Origin: a virus
Taxonomy: Duplodnaviria > Caudoviricetes
IMG/VR virus record: IMGVR_UViG_3300033475_000058
Span: 1 to 43,534 of that record
Length of the DNA stretch: 43,534 nucleotides
Direction: 5' to 3' (one strand)
Shown here: positions 36,357 to 43,534 of the stretch, piece after piece
Layout: each line of letters begins with the position of its first letter
Position numbering within the stretch: the stretch's first letter is position 1
Notes under the pieces: model-generated
The model's database searches: none
What the model saw: the letters and a program-made list of their open reading frames with translations, nothing else
Told to the model about the DNA's origin: nothing
Position numbers and translations under genes: made by a program

Positions 36357-36596
36357 ATGACTGGAACAGTCCTCCGCTACCGCGACGAGAGACGTTTCGG
36401 CTTCGTCAAATCTGACGATCAAACCGGCGAGTTCTTCTTTCTACAGAGCGACATTCAGATGCGCGGTTTCAAAACCGTTAATCCTGGGGACCGTGTGACC
36501 TTCGACCTTGTGAAGGACGATCGGAAGCCAGGGCAGATGAAGGCTGCAAACATTTGCGGGTCTCTCGCGCCGGCAATGGAGGCAATCCAGCCATGA
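36357..36596 (+). CDS. Cold-shock domain protein
   Basis: TGTV....RRFGFV....EFFFLQSDI...GFKTV..GDRVTF; GGAGG RBS. Confidence 0.85.
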   Translation: MTGTVLRYRDERRFGFVKSDDQTGEFFFLQSDIQMRGFKTVNPGDRVTFDLVKDDRKPGQMKAANICGSLAPAMEAIQP

Positions 36597-36793
36597 CCCT
36601 TGAGGAAATAGCCGAGGTGAACGAGTGGCCGCGAGTTCCTGAGGATCGGGAAGAGGCTGAGGCGTTTCGAGACGAGCGGGACGGTAAGCACGTGAAGATC
36701 GGTCGCGCCACGTCTGACTACTGGATGAACGAGGCGATCAAGTTCCGCACCGAGCTTTCGCTTTTAAAAACCCAACTGGGGGCCGCGTCGTGA
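36593..36793 (+). CDS. Hypothetical protein
   Basis: Coupled ORF. Confidence 0.6.
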   Translation: MTLEEIAEVNEWPRVPEDREEAEAFRDERDGKHVKIGRATSDYWMNEAIKFRTELSLLKTQLGAAS

Positions 36794-36996
36794 GCAACGA
36801 ATCATATTCCCTCACCCCGAAAGGATGGCTGTGCGTTCAGCTCGGATGTGACGACGCGAAAGCCGAAGAGATTTGGAATGGCTTACGTGAATTTGTGCGC
36901 GAGAAGGCGATTGCCAACGGTTCCAAGGACGGAATTCCCGCTCTGATTTTTGACGGCGGCGGAGTCTGCCAAACCGCAACGAAAGGGGCACAATGA
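36790..36996 (+). CDS. Hypothetical protein
   Basis: Coupled ORF. Confidence 0.6.
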   Translation: MSNESYSLTPKGWLCVQLGCDDAKAEEIWNGLREFVREKAIANGSKDGIPALIFDGGGVCQTATKGAQ

Positions 36997-37511
36997 CCGC
37001 TCGCCCCGCCAACCCTTTCCCGTTCGAGGGAAGTGAATCCTCTGGTCGCAGTCTTGCGCCGTCCGAGAACAAGTTCCACGTCGGCAATGGAGACGACGGC
37101 AAGCACTACTGGCTTACCCCTCCCGACCTTTACGAGAGCCTGAACGCGGAGTTTGGATTCGACTTCGATCCTTGCCCGTTCCCGCTGCCAGAAGGCTTTG
37201 ACGGCCTCACATGCGAGTGGGGTTCGTTGAACTACGTCAACCCGCCGTTTGGATCCATCCTTCATCAGGGAAAGAAAAAGGGCCCGACCGCTTGGGTTCG
37301 AAAGGCCATTGAGGAGTGGAAGAAAGGCAAGACCGTTGTCCTCGTCTACCCCATCGACAAATGGGTACTGATGCTGGTCCGTGAAATCTTCGGAGACGCG
37401 GCAAAGATTCGGAACCTGGGCGATGTGAAGTGGCTCGCGACTGAGGATCGCACTCAAGGCAAAGGAACCGGTCGCCACATCGCGGCATTCATTTTGGAGG
37501 CGGGCAAATGA
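36993..37511 (+). CDS. Phage N6-adenine DNA methyltransferase (Dam_like, T1-type)
   Basis: WLTPPDLY...FDFDPC...YVNPPFG..WVRKA. Confidence 0.8.
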   Translation: MTARPANPFPFEGSESSGRSLAPSENKFHVGNGDDGKHYWLTPPDLYESLNAEFGFDFDPCPFPLPEGFDGLTCEWGSLNYVNPPFGSILHQGKKKGPTAWVRKAIEEWKKGKTVVLVYPIDKWVLMLVREIFGDAAKIRNLGDVKWLATEDRTQGKGTGRHIAAFILEAGK

Positions 37512-37864
37512 ACGCACCTCTCACCCTTTCCGGCAGCGACGACGCCAGCCCCGGCAGCCTCGCCCGGGGATCGTCGCCGTCTGCTGGTTCTTTTTGCAGT
37601 GGAAGCGTGTGCATTCACGCGGAGCCAAATGTCCGTCAGGCGGAAACGCCTCTCGTCGGCTCGCCTCGGGAGCGACAACAAACCGAGAGCCGGAGTGCCC
37701 GGCCCGCTGCAATTCCTTTCAGCGACCATTCGCGGAGTGCGATTCGCGACTACGACCCGCGCAAGCCGTCTCTTCCCGACCTGCTTTGCGTGATCTGCAA
37801 CCTGTTCCATCGCTACGCGCCTCACTGTCCCGAATGCGGACACACCCAACTTGTCACCGAGTAA
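37508..37864 (+). CDS. Hypothetical protein with C-terminal zinc ribbon
   Basis: CVIC...CPECG. Confidence 0.5.
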   Translation: MNAPLTLSGSDDASPGSLARGSSPSAGSFCSGSVCIHAEPNVRQAETPLVGSPRERQQTESRSARPAAIPFSDHSRSAIRDYDPRKPSLPDLLCVICNLFHRYAPHCPECGHTQLVTE

Positions 37865-37868
37865 CCCT

Positions 37869-38174
37869 ATGAACATCGACCTCAATATTTTTGATCTCAG
37901 CGATATCGAAGAACTAGCAAAACTCCGTGCGTCGGATTTGTTTTCCACATATCGACGAGCCGTCTCGGTTAGTAGCGCGGTTACACCCGAGTTTCGTCAT
38001 TACACACGTCGGGCAGTTCTTCTGCTTCGGAAGATCAGGGCTAAGAAATACGTAGATTGGCCCTGGGGTACAGATCGCTCCGACGGGAGCTTGATCTTGC
38101 GGAAATTCGATCTCTGCGAATCCCGCAGGAAGCGTCGATCAGGCATCGATCAAACCATTTCCAAAGCCGCGTAA
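37869..38174 (+). CDS. Hypothetical protein
   Basis: ORF in operon. Confidence 0.5.
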   Translation: MNIDLNIFDLSDIEELAKLRASDLFSTYRRAVSVSSAVTPEFRHYTRRAVLLLRKIRAKKYVDWPWGTDRSDGSLILRKFDLCESRRKRRSGIDQTISKAA

Positions 38175-38230
38175 CCATCGTTCCGCTGCCCCTACTGCAA
38201 ACGCCCAACCCCTGACATCGGAGAGTAATT

Positions 38231-38467
38231 ATGAAAAACGGAGACCTCATTCAGGACAATGACCCAAGGTCATATTCTGGAAAGCGAATTTTGAAAGTCT
38301 TGGAAGGCTGCGAATTGCCATCCCAGCAGTATGTGATTGCTCAAGGCGTGCATAACAACCGCACGTTGTGGGGAAAGCAGGTTCGGATAGCGAAGCGCAG
38401 AATTTACGGCGACGGAAAAGTCAGAAAAAGCGGATTCACAATCCTCAAATCGAAGGAGTCGAAATGA
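38231..38467 (+). CDS. Hypothetical protein
   Basis: GGAG RBS; DNDPR motif. Confidence 0.65.
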   Translation: MKNGDLIQDNDPRSYSGKRILKVLEGCELPSQQYVIAQGVHNNRTLWGKQVRIAKRRIYGDGKVRKSGFTILKSKESK

Positions 38468-39300
38468 GCCAAATCGACACCTCAACCACGGGCGGGAAGA
38501 TCGCAGTCATGTCCGCTTTCGAGCGCGGCGAGAAGATCGAATGTGCCTATCGCACCACTCGCGCTCAGCCATCATGGACACCTTCTGATTTGGCTCCAGG
38601 TTGGAACTGGCAAGCATACGACTACCGCATCGCAGACCCCTACACCGATCTGAAAGCGGCTCATGCGGCGGGGAAGACGATTCAGTGTAACGCGAAAGCC
38701 AACAAGGGAAAAGATTACGAGGAATCGGGATGGGTCGATGCAGACCTGCCGAAAGACTGGTCAAATCCCGGTCTGAATTTCCGCATCAAGCCGCTCGAAT
38801 TCCCAGAGCCGCCGGTTGGGGAGCAGTGGCACAATCCCGCTGGCGTGACGGCTGAGCAGGTCGAGATCGACAAGGGATATCGACTCCTCACCAAGTCGGA
38901 AAACCTATCTGCGCGGGAGGACAGATTCCAACTTCGACCAGAAGGAGACCGTGAAGCATGGATCAAAGGCAGCGGAATTTGGGATGGCCATAAAAACTGC
39001 GGAGATGCTGGCGGTATCACGTATAGGACGCGGCTACCCCTCCCAACGCCAAAGAAGCGAGTGCCGCTTGATCGAAATGAGTGGATCAATGGCGCGCCAT
39101 GGTTCGTTCGGTTGAAGCCGAAGCAACCTGAAGACGATACGCGTTTGTCGGTCTGCATGGTTACGATGGTCAACGGAAACGGCATCTATTCCGCAAGTGG
39201 TGGCGGATCGGACTTTTGGACTTTCGAAGGAGCCGCTAGCGACCTTGAGCGCACGAAAGACGGTGTGACTTTCGAGCCCTGTGACAAGGAGGCCGAATGA
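38464..39300 (+). CDS. Multidomain hypothetical protein with duplicated G..I(E/Q)C...W...(Y/F)RI repeat
   Basis: AAGGAG RBS; internal repeat. Confidence 0.75.
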   Translation: MSQIDTSTTGGKIAVMSAFERGEKIECAYRTTRAQPSWTPSDLAPGWNWQAYDYRIADPYTDLKAAHAAGKTIQCNAKANKGKDYEESGWVDADLPKDWSNPGLNFRIKPLEFPEPPVGEQWHNPAGVTAEQVEIDKGYRLLTKSENLSAREDRFQLRPEGDREAWIKGSGIWDGHKNCGDAGGITYRTRLPLPTPKKRVPLDRNEWINGAPWFVRLKPKQPEDDTRLSVCMVTMVNGNGIYSASGGGSDFWTFEGAASDLERTKDGVTFEPCDKEAE

Positions 39301-39527
39301 GCCCCGAGACCGTGTGCGCCGTGGGAGTCGTTTGCGTGTTCATCGTCGCAATCATGGTGGCGTGCGTCCTCTGCCAGTGGGCGAACCGCCTGCAAGGTCG
39401 GATCGAACAGCGCCAGATCGACGCCAAAGAATATCGGAGCAACCCAAAGGCTTTCGAGGCGCGAGGCGCAAAGGACGCTCTAGACCAAGCGAAAGCTCAA
39501 TACGGATTGGAGGTATTCCATGGATGA
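39297..39527 (+). CDS. Membrane protein
   Basis: N-terminal TM helix; GGAGG RBS. Confidence 0.65.
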   Translation: MSPETVCAVGVVCVFIVAIMVACVLCQWANRLQGRIEQRQIDAKEYRSNPKAFEARGAKDALDQAKAQYGLEVFHG

Positions 39528-39630
39528 CCTCTTCCGCCATTTCGGCCTTCTCCCTGTCGTATTCAAGACTGCTCTTGCCGTCCTGATCTTCACATCCCTC
39601 CTCCTGCTTTTCCGAGACCCAAACCCATGA
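39520..39630 (+). CDS. 36-aa TM peptide
   Basis: GGAGGT RBS; MDDLFRHFGLLPVVFKTALAVLIFTSLLLLFRDPNP. Confidence 0.5.
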   Translation: MDDLFRHFGLLPVVFKTALAVLIFTSLLLLFRDPNP

Positions 39631-39680
39631 CCGACCAGCTTCCCGAGGAAATTTCAGAGTAACGAAAATATCAAAACATC

Positions 39681-40007
39681 ATGACCTACGCACAACTTCT
39701 CGAAGAGCTTAAAAAGCTCACGCCTGAACAGCTACAGCAGACCGCACAAGCCGCCGGAGTCGATATGCCCACATTTGAAATCGGCGAAGTGTGGATCGCA
39801 TCGGAACCATTCATCAACCCTTCTGGCGATGGCGCAGAGCCATTGAGTGCATACACCGGGGCGAATGCAGATCCAGATTTCGATGTTTCCGACGAGGCCA
39901 TCGTTATCCCTCAAGGCGGCGTAATGCTGCTCGAAGTCGATGAATGCCTAAAACAGGCAAATGGCCTCCTGAAGGCAAATGACTCGGAGCTGTCGAGCCA
40001 GAACTAA
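39681..40007 (+). CDS. Hypothetical protein
   Basis: MTYAQLLEELKKLTPEQL start. Confidence 0.7.
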   Translation: MTYAQLLEELKKLTPEQLQQTAQAAGVDMPTFEIGEVWIASEPFINPSGDGAEPLSAYTGANADPDFDVSDEAIVIPQGGVMLLEVDECLKQANGLLKANDSELSSQN

Positions 40008-40014
40008 ACAAAAC

Positions 40015-40046
40015 GGCCCGGTTCGCGACTGCAATCGCTCCGGGCC
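40015..40046 (+). promoter_or_regulatory. Nested hairpin with CTGCAA loop
   Basis: GGCCCGG..GCGA-CTGCAA-TCGC..CCGGGCC in intergenic gap. Confidence 0.5.
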
Positions 40047-40074
40047 ATCAGAAAGCAACACCCAGTCACTATCT

Positions 40075-40662
40075 ATGGAAACATCAAACACGGCGGACTC
40101 TGTTCCGCAAGAAGAAATTGTCCCCTTCGACAGCCCAGAGGCCGCAAGGCCAAAGGTCATGGAGGGATGGTTGTCCCACAACGGCAACTTTTATCTGAGC
40201 GAAGAAATCGCTCGTTACGACGGATGCACGCACCGGAAATGCAATGACTGCGACGAGCTTGTCCTCAAGTCCTATGTCCGTTGCGAAGCGTGCCGCGAAA
40301 AATCGAAAATTGCTCGTTACGATGAAATGCCGCGCAAGCCTTGGGACGGCATCGCAATGGTCTATTCCGACGCCAGAGACGAATACTTCTCCGATCCCGG
40401 AAAGGCAGAGGATTTGATTGGAGAAGAGGGAGTTGAATCACTCGAATCCCTACGTCTCATCATCTGCGAACCGAATCATGCAAGCTTCGTGGACGCGGAC
40501 CACTGGCATGATGATCTGCCAGAAGACGGAGAGATTCCGCCAGAGCTGGAAGATGCAGTTGAAAAGCTGAACGCCATCATCAAGGGGCTTTCTCCGCTTT
40601 CGTGGTCGCCAGGGAAATACGCGCTCGATCTCACCGCACAGGAAACGGAGGGGGCGAAATGA
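40075..40662 (+). CDS. Conserved phage protein with Cys pairs
   Basis: GWLS..G.FY..E.IARY.GCTH..C..C. Confidence 0.75.
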   Translation: METSNTADSVPQEEIVPFDSPEAARPKVMEGWLSHNGNFYLSEEIARYDGCTHRKCNDCDELVLKSYVRCEACREKSKIARYDEMPRKPWDGIAMVYSDARDEYFSDPGKAEDLIGEEGVESLESLRLIICEPNHASFVDADHWHDDLPEDGEIPPELEDAVEKLNAIIKGLSPLSWSPGKYALDLTAQETEGAK

Positions 40663-41570
40663 GCGAGTCGATCATCGACATCCGCCCTGTTCAACGAGAA
40701 GCCGCCAAGCTGGTTATTGGCCTCGCTGGCGTGTCTGGAAGCGGAAAGACCTACACTGCTCTTCAACTCGCTCACGGGTTGGCTGGCGGCGATCCGTCCA
40801 AGATTGGAATGCTCGACACCGAGAATCGCCGCGGTTCGCTTTACGCTGAAATCTTCGGCACTCCATTCCTGATTGGCGACCTCAACCCGCCTTTCTCGCC
40901 GGAGCGTTACGTATCGGCGATGCGCCAGTTTTCCCAGTCGGGAATTAAGGCCTTGGTGGTCGATTCGATGTCTCACGAATGGGAAGGCGAAGGCGGTTGC
41001 GAAGAGATCGCCAACGACCCAACCAAGCGCATTCCGAATTGGCTGAAAGCGAAGCGGGAGCACAAGCGGTTTATGAACGCGCTTCTCTTGCTCCCCTTCC
41101 ACGTCGTGCTGTGCTTCCGGGCTCGAGAGAAAACCGACTTCTCCGATCCGGCGCGGCCCAAGTCTCTCGGCATCCAACCGATTTGCGAAAAGAACGTGAT
41201 GTACGAAATGACGCTTTCGTACCTACTCGACAACGCGGGAACGACCCGGATCCCGATCAAGCCGATTCCGGCTCCATTGCTGCCGATCGTGGGCGGTGAT
41301 GGATACCTCACCAGTGAGCACGGGAAACAGTTGCTCGACTGGGTTGGCGGAAAAAGTGGTGCGGATGCGTTGGAGGATGCAAAGAGCCGGCTGCGGTACG
41401 CCGCAAGCGAAGGTTCCGACGCTCTCCGGGATTGCTGGATTGGCCTATCAAAGGCTCACCAGAAGGCTCTTGCCTCGTTTAAGGACACCCTCAAGGACTC
41501 CGCAGCTCATGCGGACAGCCAAGGCTCACCTAAACAGGAGACCGACGAAAATGGAAACATCAAGTGGTAA
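40659..41570 (+). CDS. AAA ATPase, Sak4-like recombinase
   Basis: GVSGSGKT, LDTENRRG, VVDSMSHEWEGEGG. Confidence 0.85.
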   Translation: MSESIIDIRPVQREAAKLVIGLAGVSGSGKTYTALQLAHGLAGGDPSKIGMLDTENRRGSLYAEIFGTPFLIGDLNPPFSPERYVSAMRQFSQSGIKALVVDSMSHEWEGEGGCEEIANDPTKRIPNWLKAKREHKRFMNALLLLPFHVVLCFRAREKTDFSDPARPKSLGIQPICEKNVMYEMTLSYLLDNAGTTRIPIKPIPAPLLPIVGGDGYLTSEHGKQLLDWVGGKSGADALEDAKSRLRYAASEGSDALRDCWIGLSKAHQKALASFKDTLKDSAAHADSQGSPKQETDENGNIKW

Positions 41571-42477
41571 GGCCCGAGTCGTCGAAGGGATGAGCTTCGA
41601 GGAGTACGCAGCGGCGCCAGGCATCAACGCCTCGCTCTTGTGCGCGGTCGATGAGTTGAGCCTTGAGGAAGCGAAGGCCCAGATGGATGGACGTTCTGAG
41701 TTCTACTCCGATGCGCTGGACTTCGGCGAAGCTCTGCACGCTCTCTGGTTGGAAGGTCGTCGAGCATTTGAAGTTCAGCCGTTGACCTATCTTGCCGACG
41801 ACGGGGCCGACAAGCCATGGAACAACAACGCGAAGGTTTGCCGGTCGTGGTGTGAATCTGTCGAAGCGAAAGGGAAAGTCATCCTCACCGAGAAAGAGGA
41901 GGAAACGCTGCGCGGGATGGTGACCAAGTTGGTCGATCATCCGAAATTGCAAGGCATCCGTGGACGGAGCGAACTTTCGGTGTTCGTCGAGAAGGACGGC
42001 ATCCCGCTCAAGATCCGAGTGGACACCTTGCCGGATGATCGCACGAAGCCGGTGATCGACTTGAAGAGTTGCCGCCGTGCGAACCCTGAAAAGTTTGTCC
42101 GTGACGCTCTGGATCGTCGTTACCACCTCAAAGCGGCGTTCTATCTGGATGTCCTGCACATCGCGGCGGAGGATCTGAATCTTCCGGAGCTACACCGGAA
42201 TTGCTTTTCCTTCATCTCGCAGAGGAAGGATGCCCCGTACTCCATCGGGATCATGGATATGGCCGACACGCCGGAGAGTTTCCTGCGCATTGGTCGGTTC
42301 CTCTACCGCGACGCCTACCGGAAAATCAAAGAGGCGATGAAGTCCGGAGAATGGCCTGACTACGGCCACTATCAGGCCGAATCGTTCGCGCCTCCCTGGA
42401 CCATCAAACAACTGGAGGAGACGAGAATCCAACTCGCTCCGGACTGGAAAAAGAACCCTGAACTAAAAGCAGCATGA
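41551..42477 (+). CDS. RecE/exonuclease VIII-like PD-(D/E)XK nuclease (DUF3799)
   Basis: GINAS, FGEALH, KIRVD..VIDLKS..YHLKAAFY. Confidence 0.85.
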   Translation: METSSGKARVVEGMSFEEYAAAPGINASLLCAVDELSLEEAKAQMDGRSEFYSDALDFGEALHALWLEGRRAFEVQPLTYLADDGADKPWNNNAKVCRSWCESVEAKGKVILTEKEEETLRGMVTKLVDHPKLQGIRGRSELSVFVEKDGIPLKIRVDTLPDDRTKPVIDLKSCRRANPEKFVRDALDRRYHLKAAFYLDVLHIAAEDLNLPELHRNCFSFISQRKDAPYSIGIMDMADTPESFLRIGRFLYRDAYRKIKEAMKSGEWPDYGHYQAESFAPPWTIKQLEETRIQLAPDWKKNPELKAA

Positions 42478-43103
42478 GCGCGCAAAGAGAAATTGAGACG
42501 CCGAGGACGATGGCGTTTTTCAGCCGTCCCGACATTTCCATCGACGCCGCTAAAGCTCACTCGATCAATCTGGAGCGAGAACTCGCGGAGGCAAAGGCGA
42601 TGTGGGCGCACTGGCAGACTCAAGCTGTTCGCGCTGAGGGATGCCTTGACCGCTCAGAGCGTATCAACTGGGAAGCTGGTTTCGAGGTTGTCTACAGACA
42701 AAATCAAAAGCTGACTGACGAGCTGGCGTCTTTGCGGGCGAAGTGTGCGCGGATGGAGGGAGTTCTTTCGGACCTTATTCGTTTCGGAGAACGAGGCAGC
42801 ATTCAAATCCACGTTCCAGGAGCCACGCCTCGGTATCAAAGTCGAGAAGTCTGGCAGTTCCCGATTCACCACAAAGCCGACATTGAAGCAGCCCTCGCCG
42901 AAACCCCAGCTCCCAAAAGCGAAGGGGGTGAAGGCATTACAAAGGAAGCTATCCTTCGTAACTTTCAGGAGAATTTAGCCGCCGCAATCAAGACAGGTGA
43001 GATCGGTTGGGATAATGCGGAAGCGGACATCGAATACATTGTTGGACTCGTCGATGTCTCAATTTTAGAGGCGGTCGTTAACGAGAAAGGTAACTCGAAA
43101 TGA
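42474..43103 (+). CDS. Hypothetical early protein, allele B of 81-527
   Basis: Same N-terminus and internal anchor, different interior, C-terminal extension. Confidence 0.75.
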   Translation: MSAQREIETPRTMAFFSRPDISIDAAKAHSINLERELAEAKAMWAHWQTQAVRAEGCLDRSERINWEAGFEVVYRQNQKLTDELASLRAKCARMEGVLSDLIRFGERGSIQIHVPGATPRYQSREVWQFPIHHKADIEAALAETPAPKSEGGEGITKEAILRNFQENLAAAIKTGEIGWDNAEADIEYIVGLVDVSILEAVVNEKGNSK

Positions 43104-43201
43104 ACGACCCATTAGGAACCTGTGAGTGCTCTGGCGGTTATTCTGGCAGCGGCGACCTGTGCTCAAACTGTGGCCTACCTCATCGTGAAAGAGGTACTAA
43201 A

Positions 43202-43534
43202 ATGAGCCCGGATTCGATGCGCGTGGCGGTGGCAATGGCTATGGGGTGGAAACTTACTCCGTCTGAAAATCAAGCGCGGGGCATGTGGACTTACACATCT
43301 CCTTCCGGTGTTCAGTGGAACTTTTTCTACAATTCCGCAAAGACACCGGAGTTTGGCGTCCTTGCTTCGGAATATCTCCCCGATTACCTCAACGATCTCA
43401 ACGCCATTAACGAGGCTTTCAGAACGTATCGTCACTCAAGAGAATGTAGCCAGTTCTTCTTTTTGGATCACCAGAAAGAGCTTTGGAAGGTCGTAACTGG
43501 TCGTGATTTCCGACATTCGGATATTGATCACATG
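43202..43534 (+). CDS. Truncated allele B of 808-1254 (frame also open from ATG 43100)
   Basis: MSPDSMRVAVAMAMG...LPDYLND; runs off window end. Confidence 0.7.
   Translation, partial: MSPDSMRVAVAMAMGWKLTPSENQARGMWTYTSPSGVQWNFFYNSAKTPEFGVLASEYLPDYLNDLNAINEAFRTYRHSRECSQFFFLDHQKELWKVVTGRDFRHSDIDHM

Noticed and set aside
35269-36360. 363-aa plus-strand ORF
   Set aside because: Antisense shadow of the integrase that crosses attP; no recognisable motifs
38175-38227. In-frame CPYC-containing stretch after a TAA stop (readthrough or recoding)
   Set aside because: Isolated and short, probably a gene remnant; genes elsewhere use standard stops
42394-42520. Biological direct terminal repeat
   Set aside because: Exactly 127 bp, mid-gene and not at the contig end; better explained as assembly k-mer overlap
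1-43534. CRISPR array, IS element, intron or retron
   Set aside because: No spaced repeat arrays, transposase or reverse-transcriptase motifs seen by eye

Overview
The window is essentially one complete temperate, podovirus-like tailed phage genome of about 42,393 bp in circular (attP-containing) form. Bases 1-127 recur exactly at 42394-42520, after which the contig continues into a different allele of the same variable early region. Plus-strand early region (36357-42477, then 1-7669): cold-shock protein, Dam-like methylase, Sak4-like ATPase, RecE-like exonuclease, VRR-NUC, DUF1643, HNH proteins, replication initiator with internal iterons, probable TerS. A non-coding gap precedes an inverted operon (13008 to about 8430) with TerL, a 3'-5' exonuclease, an SSB and several unannotated micro-ORFs, one resembling a prepilin. 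A mirror-symmetric divergent promoter separates this from the morphogenesis operon (13166-33463): scaffold, capsid, portal, adaptor, SGNH tailspike, three fibre-like genes with signal peptides, lysis cassette, nozzle, ejection proteins and an embedded PAPS-reductase-family/CxxCxxCC pair. The lysogeny module has two divergent paralogous ribbon-helix-helix genes with 11-bp-phased TGCGCA boxes, an excisionase-like gene, a tyrosine integrase and a tRNA-derived attP. All functional calls are by-eye motif recognition; no database searches were run.
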